64,000 bases of DNA, taken from NCBI GenBank assembly GCA_025210555.1, contig JAOARL010000020.1, positions 72,883 through 136,882 of the forward strand, given 5' to 3'. Within the stretch, counting starts at the first letter, position 1, and the number at the start of each line of letters is the position of its first letter. This document shows, one piece after another, positions 1 to 8,091 of this stretch. The position numbers and the translations under genes were made by a program. This DNA is from Clostridia bacterium (GTDB lineage: Bacteria; Bacillota; Clostridia; Lachnospirales; JAOARL01). The notes beneath the pieces were generated by a model. The model was given only the letters and a program-made list of their open reading frames with translations. It was not told where the DNA came from and made no database searches.

Positions 1-444
1 TTGCTTAAGAAAAGATATGATTTAATTCCTAACTTAGTTGCAACAGTTAAGAGTTATATGGAGCATGAAAAGGAACTTTTAACTAAAATTACAGAGTTAA
101 GAAGTAAAGCAATGGATGCAGGAGATTCAAAAGAAGAAAGATTTAATGCGGATAATGAAGTTTCAAAAGCTGTTAGAGGAATAATGTTAGCAGTTGAGAA
201 TTATCCAGATTTAAAAGCTAACCAAAACTTTATTCAACTTCAAGCTACAATGACAGAAGTTGAAGAACAAATATCAGCAGGTAGAAGAGCTTATAATGCA
301 GCAGTTTTAGAATATAATAACGCAGTACAAATGTTTCCAACGAACATTTTTGCAAGTATGTTTAACTACACGTTAGAGAAGTTCTTTGAAGCTGATGAAA
401 CAGAAAGACAAAATGTAAATGTTTCAGAACTTTTTAAAGGATAA
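1..444 (+). CDS. lemA: LemA family protein (N-terminus probably truncated by window edge)
   Basis: Translation (KKRYDLIPNLV...ENYPDLKAN.NF..LQ...E.E..I...R..YN..V..YN) matches the conserved LemA core. Followed by a hairpin terminator. Confidence 0.8.
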   Translation: MLKKRYDLIPNLVATVKSYMEHEKELLTKITELRSKAMDAGDSKEERFNADNEVSKAVRGIMLAVENYPDLKANQNFIQLQATMTEVEEQISAGRRAYNAAVLEYNNAVQMFPTNIFASMFNYTLEKFFEADETERQNVNVSELFKG

Positions 445-450
445 TATTTT

Positions 451-479
451 AAAACACTCTTCGGAGTGTTTTTATTTTT
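451..479 (+). terminator. Rho-independent terminator after lemA
   Basis: Stem AAAACACTC / GAGTGTTTT with TTCG loop, then a T-run. Confidence 0.7.
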
Positions 480-553
480 AGGAGCATAGTTATGGATAGA
501 AGTGCTAAAAAATTTAAACAAGTATTTTAAAAATAAAGTAAGGGAGCATAGGT

Positions 554-1516
554 ATGAAAAATATAGATGAAATATTTAGTAGTGTTGAAAAAGATTTAGC
601 TAAGTTTGAAGAAAAAAGATTAAGCATTAAAGAAAAAGAAAAAGGGCTTCCACTTTTGATAGCTCCTTCAGTAGTATGTTTTATTTTAGGAATAATAGGT
701 AACAGCTCATTATTTTTTATAGGAGCTGTGGTAGGATTACCATTCTTAGTAAAGGGACTTAGCAAGTTAACAGAGGTAATGAAATTAAAAAATGAATATA
801 CATATAAGTACAAAAACGAAGTAGTTGCAAAGGTAATTAAAAGTTTTGATGAAGAATACGAATATAATCCAGCTAGTGGAATATCAAAAAGTGAATATTT
901 AGAAAGTAAAATATTTACAACAAGACCAGACAGATATAGTACAGAAGATTTAGTTGAAGGTAAGTATGGAAATAGAGGTTTTAAATTTGCAGAAATACAC
1001 TCAGAATATAAAACCGAAACTAGAGATAAAGATGGGCACAGACATGTTCATTGGCATACTATATTTAAAGGTATTTTCTTTATAGGTGAATTTAACAAGA
1101 ATTTTAATGGATACACACTTATTTATCCAGATACTGCTGAGAAGATGCTAGGGATATTTGGAAAGTCTTTACAAAAGTTAAGTTTTAAGGGGAAATTAAT
1201 AACGCTTGAAGATCCAGAGTTTGAAAAAGAATTTGCCGTGTATTCTGATGATGAAGTGGAAAGTAGATATATATTATCAACTTCTTTAATGAGAAGAATA
1301 CTAGATTATAAAATCAAAAATGGAAAAGGAATTCATTTAGGTTTTGTTGATAATAAGATATATGTAGCAATAAGTAATATGAAAGATTGTTTTGAACCAG
1401 ACTTTTCTAAAAGTGCACTAGATAAAACAGAAATTGAAAGTTATTATAATGATTTAAAAGTTGTTTTAGATATAATAGAAGAGTTTAATTTAGATCAAAA
1501 AGTATTTAAAAATTAG
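554..1516 (+). CDS. Membrane protein, DUF3137-like (typical LemA neighbour)
   Basis: N-terminal hydrophobic hairpin, then a soluble domain. Adjacent to lemA as in many genomes. RBS AAGGGAG 7 nt upstream. Family assignment is from memory only. Confidence 0.5.
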   Translation: MKNIDEIFSSVEKDLAKFEEKRLSIKEKEKGLPLLIAPSVVCFILGIIGNSSLFFIGAVVGLPFLVKGLSKLTEVMKLKNEYTYKYKNEVVAKVIKSFDEEYEYNPASGISKSEYLESKIFTTRPDRYSTEDLVEGKYGNRGFKFAEIHSEYKTETRDKDGHRHVHWHTIFKGIFFIGEFNKNFNGYTLIYPDTAEKMLGIFGKSLQKLSFKGKLITLEDPEFEKEFAVYSDDEVESRYILSTSLMRRILDYKIKNGKGIHLGFVDNKIYVAISNMKDCFEPDFSKSALDKTEIESYYNDLKVVLDIIEEFNLDQKVFKN

Positions 1517-1586
1517 ATGAATTTGAATGAGATAAATTAATTATATATAATGTTAAGTAGAAGTGTTTAACATGGGAGGAGGAAGT

Positions 1587-2957
1587 ATGAAAATATACAA
1601 TACAGAAACAAGAAAAAAAGAAAATTTCGTACCAATAAATGAAGAAGAAGTGAAGATATATACTTGTGGACCTACAGTTTATAACTTTGCACACATAGGA
1701 AATTTAAGAACATATGTATTTGAAGATATTTTAGTAAAGGTATTTAAGTATTTAGGATATGACGTTAATAGAGTTATGAATATAACTGATGTAGGACATC
1801 TTGAGTCTGATGCTGATGAAGGCGAAGACAAAATGATGAAGGCAGCAAAAAGAGAAAATAAAAATCCGCTAGAGATAGCAAGATATTATGAAGATAAGTT
1901 TTTTGAGGATATGAAAGAACTTAATATAGAGAGGCCTAATACAGTTTGCAGAGCTACAGAAGAAATTGATACTATGATAGAACTAGTTAAAAAGCTTGAA
2001 GAAAAAGGATATACTTACGTAGCAGATGGAAATGTATATTTTGATATTTCTAAATTTGAAAAGTATGCAGAATTTGCAGGTCTTGAAATAGGAGCAGAAA
2101 ATTATAGTAGAGTAGAGATAGATGAAAATAAGAGAAATCAAGAGGATTTTGTTCTGTGGTTTACTAATTCAAAATTTGAGAATCAGATTCTCAAATGGGA
2201 TTCTCCTTGGGGAGTAGGATATCCAGGGTGGCACCTTGAATGTTCAGCTATGTCAATTAAGTATTTAGGAGAAAAGCTAGACATACACTGTGGGGGTGTT
2301 GACCATATAAAAGTTCACCATACTAATGAAATTGCACAGTCTGAAGCTGCAATTGGACATAAATGGGTTAATTACTGGATGCATGGGGAATTTTTGAATG
2401 ATGAAACAGGTAAGATGAGTAAGTCAAAAGGTGAGTTTTTAACTCTAGAAGTTTTGAAAAATAATGGAGTTAATCCACTTGTTTATAGATTTTATTTGCT
2501 TGAATCTAGATACAGAAAGCAGTTAGTATTTTCATATGACAATATGAAAAAAGCAGAGCAAACATTAGGTAAATTAAGAGAAAAAATTGACTTAATTGAA
2601 AAAGATGGAGATATAGAGCAAGATAACATAAAAGCATATGTAGAGAGGTTTAAAGATGAAATAGCTGATGATTTAAACACAGCTAATGCTTTAACTGTTT
2701 TATATGATGTGCTAAAAGATGACACTTTAAGCGGCAATAGTAAAATAGAGCTAATTAAAGATTTTGATAGAGTACTATCACTTGATTTAATAGTTGAAAA
2801 AGAATTACCAGAAGGAGCAAAGGGACTTATAGATGCTAGAATAGAAGCTAGAGCTAATAAAGATTTTGCTAAATCAGATGAACTTAGAGATGCATTACTT
2901 GAATTAGGAGTAGCTGTTAAAGACACTCGTGAAGGAATGAAGTGGATAGTGAAATGA
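1587..2957 (+). CDS. cysS: Cysteine--tRNA ligase
   Basis: HIGN (HIGH-type) and KMSKS motifs and full-length similarity to CysS. Start moved to ATG 1587 behind GGGAGGAGGA; the track start 1563 is a GTG inside the RBS region. Confidence 0.95.
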   Translation: MKIYNTETRKKENFVPINEEEVKIYTCGPTVYNFAHIGNLRTYVFEDILVKVFKYLGYDVNRVMNITDVGHLESDADEGEDKMMKAAKRENKNPLEIARYYEDKFFEDMKELNIERPNTVCRATEEIDTMIELVKKLEEKGYTYVADGNVYFDISKFEKYAEFAGLEIGAENYSRVEIDENKRNQEDFVLWFTNSKFENQILKWDSPWGVGYPGWHLECSAMSIKYLGEKLDIHCGGVDHIKVHHTNEIAQSEAAIGHKWVNYWMHGEFLNDETGKMSKSKGEFLTLEVLKNNGVNPLVYRFYLLESRYRKQLVFSYDNMKKAEQTLGKLREKIDLIEKDGDIEQDNIKAYVERFKDEIADDLNTANALTVLYDVLKDDTLSGNSKIELIKDFDRVLSLDLIVEKELPEGAKGLIDARIEARANKDFAKSDELRDALLELGVAVKDTREGMKWIVK

Positions 2958-3355
2958 TAAAAGAAATTATGAATGAAAAAATAGATGCTAAGGGATATTC
3001 TCCTTTAGCACTTGCTTATATAGGAGATTGTATATTCGAACTTTTGGTAAGAACGATGCTTGTTAAAAAAGAAAATAAGCAAGTGTATAAATATCATAAG
3101 GAAGCAGTTAAGTACGTTAAAGCATCTGCTCAAGCTAGCATTTCAAAGTCAATAGAGCATATGCTAAGTGAAGAAGAGATTGCAGTATTTAAAAGAGGTA
3201 GAAACTCAAAGTCTAAACCACCTAAAAATGCAGACACTCTTGAGTATAAGTATGCAACAGGATTTGAAGCTCTTATAGGGTATTTATATTTAAAAGGTGA
3301 TATGGAAAGAATATATAAAATTGTTGATGAAGGGATAAAAGAATTAGATGTTTAG
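2942..3355 (+). CDS. mrnC: Mini-ribonuclease 3 (Mini-III)
   Basis: LALAYIGDCIFEL...YKYATGFEALIGYLYL motifs typical of Mini-III, and conserved cysS-mrnC-rlmB order. Alternative start is ATG 2954, which overlaps the cysS stop (ATGA). Confidence 0.85.
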   Translation: MDSEMIKEIMNEKIDAKGYSPLALAYIGDCIFELLVRTMLVKKENKQVYKYHKEAVKYVKASAQASISKSIEHMLSEEEIAVFKRGRNSKSKPPKNADTLEYKYATGFEALIGYLYLKGDMERIYKIVDEGIKELDV

Positions 3356-4079
3356 TTATATAGAAGGTAGAAATGCCGTAGCAGAAGCGATAAAACAAGA
3401 GAAAAACATAGATCATATACTTTTACAAAAAGGTGAGAGGAAAGGATCTATAATTAAAATAGTAAATGATGCAAATAAAAAAGGTATTCTTATTAAGGAG
3501 GTTGATAAATCTAAATTAGATAAAATCTCAGAAACAAGTAACCATCAGGGTGTAATTGCCTATATAAATGACTATGAATATAGTAGTGTTGAAGAAATTC
3601 TTGAATATGCAAAATCAAAAGATGAAGCGCCGGTAGTTTTAATTCTTGATGGAATAACTGATCCTCATAATTTAGGAGCCATAGTTAGAACGGCAGTAGC
3701 TTCTGGAGTTCATGGAGTTGTAATTGGTAAGAGAAGATCGGTTTCGGTTAATTCAACTGTTCATAAGGTTTCAGTTGGAGCAGTTATGAATATGAGAATT
3801 GCAAGAGTAACAAATATTACAAATACTATTAAAGAGCTAAAAAAGCATGGATTATGGATAGCATCAGCTGATATGGATGGAGATGTTATATATAAATCAG
3901 ATTTAAAAGGAGCACTTGGAATAGTAATTGGGGCTGAAGGTAGTGGTGTTGGAAGATTAGTTAAAGAACAATGTGATTTTAACTTTAGTATACCAATGGT
4001 AGGAGATGTAGAATCTCTTAATGCATCAGTAGCAGCATCACTTATAATGTACGAAGTACTTAGACAAAATAATTACTAG
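3348..4079 (+). CDS. rlmB: TrmH-family 23S rRNA 2'-O-ribose methyltransferase (RlmB/YacO-like)
   Basis: SpoU/TrmH motifs (DGITDPHNLGAIVRTA, IVIGAEGSGV, IPM.G..ESLNASVAA) and synteny with mrnC and sigH. Confidence 0.85.
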   Translation: MFSYIEGRNAVAEAIKQEKNIDHILLQKGERKGSIIKIVNDANKKGILIKEVDKSKLDKISETSNHQGVIAYINDYEYSSVEEILEYAKSKDEAPVVLILDGITDPHNLGAIVRTAVASGVHGVVIGKRRSVSVNSTVHKVSVGAVMNMRIARVTNITNTIKELKKHGLWIASADMDGDVIYKSDLKGALGIVIGAEGSGVGRLVKEQCDFNFSIPMVGDVESLNASVAASLIMYEVLRQNNY

Positions 4080-4089
4080 GAGGTGTTAC

Positions 4090-4647
4090 ATGCTTGAGAT
4101 GGTTGATGAAAAATTAGTATTAATGGCTCAAGATGGAGATAAAGTAGCAGAAGGGGAACTGCTAAGCAAGCACAAGCAGACAGTAATTAAAATAGCAAAG
4201 AAATATTATATGTTAGGATCAGATTATGATGATGTGATTCAAGAAGGTATGATAGGATTATTTAAAGCAATAAGGGATTTTAAAATATCAGAGAGAGGTA
4301 ATTCTTTTTATAACTTTGCAAATATGTGTATTAAGAGGCAAATATTAAGTGGGGTTTCAAATGCAAATAGGCTTAAACATTCACCTCTTAATAATGCGAT
4401 ATTTATAGAAAAAGAGGAGTTTTTGGAAAACTTAGAAACTCCTGAAAAAATACAACTTAATAAAGAAAAACTTTTGGATTTTAATGATAGTAAAAATAAA
4501 CTTTTAACTAAGTATGAAAAAAAAGTATTAGAACTTTTTATAGATGGTAAAAAATATAAAGAGATTGCAGAAGTTGTTAGAAGGGATGAAAAGTCTGTTA
4601 ACAATGCAATGCAGAGGATAAGAAAGAAGTTTAAAGAAAACAATTAA
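4090..4647 (+). CDS. sigH: RNA polymerase sigma factor SigH
   Basis: DVIQEGMIGLFKAIRDFK...FANMCIKRQILSGV...RLKHSPLN closely parallels B. subtilis SigH regions 2-3. Position after rlmB is conserved. RBS TAGGAGGTG. Confidence 0.85.
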   Translation: MLEMVDEKLVLMAQDGDKVAEGELLSKHKQTVIKIAKKYYMLGSDYDDVIQEGMIGLFKAIRDFKISERGNSFYNFANMCIKRQILSGVSNANRLKHSPLNNAIFIEKEEFLENLETPEKIQLNKEKLLDFNDSKNKLLTKYEKKVLELFIDGKKYKEIAEVVRRDEKSVNNAMQRIRKKFKENN

Positions 4648-4674
4648 AATAAAAAAGAAAGTGGATTGATTTTT

Positions 4675-4845
4675 ATGAAGAATGAACTTGGTGAAAACTA
4701 TGATGTTTATGAGCAATATGGTCTTGATAAAGAAGAGGTATCTAGATTGAAAAAGAAGCAAGATAGATGTGATAGAACAGATAAAGAGTGTATTAGAAAT
4801 AAGGATCATAATACTAAAAAGAAGACAAATATAAAGAAAAAGTAG
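4675..4845 (+). CDS. Possible small basic protein (56 aa), not in the ORF track
   Basis: ATG-to-TAG ORF read by hand (MKNELGENYDVYEQYGLDKEEVSRLKKKQDRCDRTDKECIRNKDHNTKKKTNIKKK). It fills the gap between sigH and a good terminator. RBS is weak. Confidence 0.3.
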   Translation: MKNELGENYDVYEQYGLDKEEVSRLKKKQDRCDRTDKECIRNKDHNTKKKTNIKKK

Positions 4846-4847
4846 AT

Positions 4848-4873
4848 AAGAACTAGGTAACTAGTTCTTTTTA
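4848..4873 (+). terminator. Rho-independent terminator
   Basis: AAGAACTAG / CTAGTTCTT stem, GTAA loop, T-run. Confidence 0.7.
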
Positions 4874-4930
4874 TGTTGATTAAAATTATGAATAATAGTA
4901 ATATATAAGGTGTTAAGAGGAGGTTTGTAT

Positions 4931-6784
4931 ATGAAGAAAAAAATAGTAATGATTATAATATTTATAATTGCATTTAGTAAAGGGAATGCACTTGAGATAA
5001 AAGATGTTTTACCTAAAGTAAAGGATAATTATGTAATAGGGTCAAATTTTGAAGAAAGTTTTAAAAAGATAATAAAGCTTAAAGGTGGTAATTACTTAGC
5101 AGTAGGTGAGAAAGAATATAGAGACAAGGAAGTAGAAAAACTTTATCAGGGCTATGCTGTTAAATTAAACGATAAGTTTGAAACTATATGGTCTTATGAA
5201 TATGGGAAAGAAAAGATTGAAAACTTTTTTGACGTTGCAGAAGAGGCTAATGGGAATTATATAATGGTAGGGAAAACCAATGATTATAATGAAGGTTCAG
5301 CTATGACTATAAATGAAAATGGATATATGGTATCTGTTAACAAAGATGGAGAGAAAAATTGGGAAAAAATTTATGGTGATAGATCATCAGAAGTTTTTTA
5401 TGGTATTGAGCCAATTGCAAATAATAAGTTTTTTGTTTATGGTCAAAAAACTAGTGCTACTGGAGATGTGGATTTATTAGTTTTAAAAATGAATAGTGTT
5501 GGTACTATAGAAAATGAATTAGTACTTAAAAGACCAGGTAATAATTATGCAGTAGCTAGTTCAATTGATTCAAAAGGTAATGTTTGGTTAGTTGGATCAA
5601 CTAATATAAATCCTGAAAAAGATTATGATGGATGGATTATAAAGATAGATGTTAATTTAAATATTGTTGGTGGTTCATATATTGGCGGAACTGATATTGA
5701 ATACTTAAACGATATAAAAATATTGGAAAATGATGATTTTATTGTTGTAGGAACAACAAAGTCAAAAGATATTAAAGGTATTAAAAATGGTGAAAAAGAA
5801 GACGTTTTAGTTGTTAAATATGATAAAAACTTAAATCAGAAATGGATTAAGACAATTGGAACTAGAGAGTCAGATTTTGGATATTTTGTTGATGAATTAA
5901 ATGATGGTGGCTATTTAATTGGAGCTGCTTCAGATGTTATAAGAGAAGATGGCAAGAAAAATTTTGATGTATTAGTATCTAGATTAGATATAAGCGGTAA
6001 ACTTATATGGACAAATTTTTATGGTGGAACTAATGATGATATAGCCTATGATGTAAATATATTAGATAACAATGAATTTTTATTAGTGGGAGAGACTAAT
6101 TCAAATAATGGAGATATAAAAAAATCAAATGGCTTAAGAGATACACTATTATTAAAAGTAGAAAAGGAAATTGATAATATTGAAATTAAAATAAAAGAAA
6201 TAAAAGATGCGAAAGCCAAAGAAGAGGCATTAAGGTTACAAAAGGAAAAAGAAAAAATGAAAGATAAAGAAGTTTTTGCCGATGTAAAAAAAGATGATTG
6301 GTATTTTGAGTATGTTATGAGTTTATATGCTAAGGATATAATTAAAGGTTATCCTGATAATACATTTAAACCGCTTAATACTATGAATGTAGACGCTTTT
6401 ATAAAAACTATGGTAACTGCTATGGGATATAAAGATATTAAAAATGGAGAAGTTTATTGGGCTGAAAATTACATAAACAAAGCTATAGACTTAAGAATTG
6501 TAAATGAAGGTGAATTTGAAAATTATCAAAGACCTATTAGTAGATATGAAATATCAAGAATAGTAGTAAGAGCACTAGATGAAGATTTTGATGTAGATGT
6601 TTTAAGTTTACAAAGTAAAATAATAGATGTAGATGAAAATATGAAGGATATAGTGTATAAGATATATTCTAAGGGTATAATAACAGGTTATGAAGATGGA
6701 ACCTTTAAACCGTTAAATAATGCGAATAGAGCAGAAGTAAGTGTTATTATAAACAGAATGCTTGATAAGAGTAAAAGAAAGTAA
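4931..6784 (+). CDS. Secreted beta-propeller-repeat protein with C-terminal SLH domains
   Basis: Signal peptide. Repeated ~50-aa W..(Y)G(G)..D.(A/G)Y.V modules. Lys/Glu coiled linker. Two to three SLH-type segments (FADVKKDDWYFEYV..., GYPDNTFKP, GYEDGTFKP...RAE). Start set at ATG 4931 after AGAGGAGG. Confidence 0.75.
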   Translation: MKKKIVMIIIFIIAFSKGNALEIKDVLPKVKDNYVIGSNFEESFKKIIKLKGGNYLAVGEKEYRDKEVEKLYQGYAVKLNDKFETIWSYEYGKEKIENFFDVAEEANGNYIMVGKTNDYNEGSAMTINENGYMVSVNKDGEKNWEKIYGDRSSEVFYGIEPIANNKFFVYGQKTSATGDVDLLVLKMNSVGTIENELVLKRPGNNYAVASSIDSKGNVWLVGSTNINPEKDYDGWIIKIDVNLNIVGGSYIGGTDIEYLNDIKILENDDFIVVGTTKSKDIKGIKNGEKEDVLVVKYDKNLNQKWIKTIGTRESDFGYFVDELNDGGYLIGAASDVIREDGKKNFDVLVSRLDISGKLIWTNFYGGTNDDIAYDVNILDNNEFLLVGETNSNNGDIKKSNGLRDTLLLKVEKEIDNIEIKIKEIKDAKAKEEALRLQKEKEKMKDKEVFADVKKDDWYFEYVMSLYAKDIIKGYPDNTFKPLNTMNVDAFIKTMVTAMGYKDIKNGEVYWAENYINKAIDLRIVNEGEFENYQRPISRYEISRIVVRALDEDFDVDVLSLQSKIIDVDENMKDIVYKIYSKGIITGYEDGTFKPLNNANRAEVSVIINRMLDKSKRK

Positions 6785-6811
6785 AAAGTGCTAATTTTTA
6801 GCACTTTTTTT
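6784..6811 (+). terminator. Rho-independent terminator
   Basis: AAAAGTGCTA / TAGCACTTTT stem followed by a T-run. Confidence 0.75.
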
Positions 6812-6877
6812 ATATAAAAAATTTTATGAAAATTGGTTATGTTAACTAAAAAAACAATCGTTCTTGTGCAAAAAAAG

Positions 6878-6959
6878 TGTGGATAACTATGATGATGTAA
6901 CATAAATGTAATAAAAACAAGGGTTTTTCTGTTAATAAGTATGTGGATAATGTGGATTA
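6878..6959. promoter_or_regulatory. DnaA-box cluster (three boxes in the same orientation)
   Basis: TGTGGATAA at 6878-6886 and 6942-6950 are perfect reverse complements of TTATCCACA. TGTGGATTA at 6951-6959 has one mismatch and directly abuts the second box. Confidence 0.5.
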
Positions 6960-7036
6960 CTCTGTGCAAAACTATAAAAATGTAAGATTATTGTAAACAA
7001 ATTGGTGATTGATAATTATTTTTATATTAGATATAA

Positions 7037-7061
7037 TAAAAAACAAGAGAAATGCCGATAA
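7037..7061 (+). promoter_or_regulatory. Possible sigma-D/sigma-28-type promoter upstream of mbl-flhO-flhP
   Basis: GCCGATAA at 7054-7061 matches the flagellar-sigma -10 consensus GCCGATA(A/T). TAAA at 7037-7040, but the spacer is 13 nt rather than the canonical 15. Confidence 0.35.
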
Positions 7062-7085
7062 ATTATATATGAGAGGGAGTATGTT

Positions 7086-8078
7086 ATGTTTGGAATGGAT
7101 ATAGGAATTGATTTAGGAACAGCAAATATTCTTGTTTATATTAAAGGTAGAGGAATTGTGCTGAGAGAACCATCAGTAGTAGCTATAAATAGAGATAATG
7201 GAAAAGTTATAGAAGTTGGTGAAGAAGCTAGAAAAATGATTGGTAAAGTACCTGCAAATATTGAAGTTATAAGACCACTTAGAGAGGGTGTTATTTCAAA
7301 TTTCAGTGCAACAGAAAAAATGCTAAAGTATTTTATTAATAAAGTTGTTGAAAGAAAAAGTTTTTTTCTAAAACCAAGAATTGCTGTTTGCGTTCCAAGT
7401 GGAGTAACAGAAGTTGAAAAGAGAGCTGTTAAAGATGCTGCCATGCAAGTTGGCGCAAGATTAGTAGCGATTATAGAAGAACCGATAGCAGCTGCTATTG
7501 GAGCAGGGATAGACATAACAAAAGCAAGAGGTAGTATGGTAATTGATATCGGTGGAGGAACCAGTGATGTGGCAGTTATATCATTAGGTGGAATTGTAGT
7601 TAGTAATTCAATAAAAGTAGCAGGAGATGTATTTGATGACGCTATTGTTAAATATATAAGAAAAAAATATAATTTATTAATAGGTGAAAGAAGTGCAGAG
7701 AGAGTAAAGATTGAAATAGGAACTGCTGATGAAAAGTATGAAGATAATATAATGAAAATAAGCGGTAGAAATTTAGTTTCAGGATTGCCTAAAGAAGTAG
7801 AAATAACATCAAGAGAAATAAAGGAAGCTTTGTATGAATCAGTTTCGGCTGTTGCAGAATCAGTTCATGCAGCTTTTGAAAAGACACCACCAGAATTAGC
7901 ATCTGATATATCAGATAGAGGTGTTGTAATGACAGGTGGAGGAAGTTTACTTCATGGTTTAGATAAATTAATAGAAAAAAGAACAGGTATAAAAGTTATA
8001 ATTGCTGAAGATACACTTAGTTGTGTAGCTTTAGGAACTGGAAAATATGTAGAGATATGTGATTGGTCAAAAGTGTAA
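7086..8078 (+). CDS. mbl: Rod-shape determining actin homologue MreB/Mbl
   Basis: DLGTANILVY...REPSVVA...DIGGGT..VAVISLGG...GGGSLL motifs of MreB. Lies immediately upstream of flhO-flhP, as mbl does in B. subtilis. Confidence 0.9.
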   Translation: MFGMDIGIDLGTANILVYIKGRGIVLREPSVVAINRDNGKVIEVGEEARKMIGKVPANIEVIRPLREGVISNFSATEKMLKYFINKVVERKSFFLKPRIAVCVPSGVTEVEKRAVKDAAMQVGARLVAIIEEPIAAAIGAGIDITKARGSMVIDIGGGTSDVAVISLGGIVVSNSIKVAGDVFDDAIVKYIRKKYNLLIGERSAERVKIEIGTADEKYEDNIMKISGRNLVSGLPKEVEITSREIKEALYESVSAVAESVHAAFEKTPPELASDISDRGVVMTGGGSLLHGLDKLIEKRTGIKVIIAEDTLSCVALGTGKYVEICDWSKV

Positions 8079-8091
8079 AAGGAGGAAACAC

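Noticed and set aside
1517-1586. T-box or other riboswitch upstream of cysS
   Set aside because: The intergenic region is only about 70 nt, too short for a T-box leader. No specifier/terminator architecture is visible.
1563-1586. 5'-extended starts given by the ORF track (1563, 4910, 8059, 10006, 13169, 18488, 23765-, 23816, 38706, 51087, 53544, 58305-, 59883-, 61072-)
   Set aside because: In each case a downstream ATG (ATT for infC) sits 5-9 nt after a strong GGAGG-type RBS, or overlaps the upstream stop. The extension also adds non-conserved residues.
2492-2926. Antisense ORFs inside well-identified genes. This one lies in cysS. Similar ones are at 7136-7516, 8295-8549, 9071-9385, 12208-12641, 20322-20594, 21141-21410, 28136-28429, 28837-29151, 32610-32888, 33156-33353, 39209-39904, 40217-40549, 48085-48372, 49027-49299, 51164-52154, 52700-52924, 57941-58144 and 61303-62167.
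   Set aside because: They are by-products of AT-rich, purine-skewed coding strands (few stop codons on the complement). All are Ser/Leu/Phe/Ile-rich, lack RBSs, and overlap confidently assigned genes.
6688-6969. 93-aa - strand ORF spanning the SLH gene 3' end, its terminator and the DnaA boxes
   Set aside because: It runs through a terminator hairpin and intergenic DNA, has no RBS, and has implausible composition.
6811-7085. Possibility that this intergenic region is the replication origin (oriC)
   Set aside because: There are only three boxes, no adjacent dnaA/dnaN, and no obvious repeated AT-rich 13-16-mers typical of a DUE. I treat it as a secondary DnaA-box cluster or regulatory site instead.
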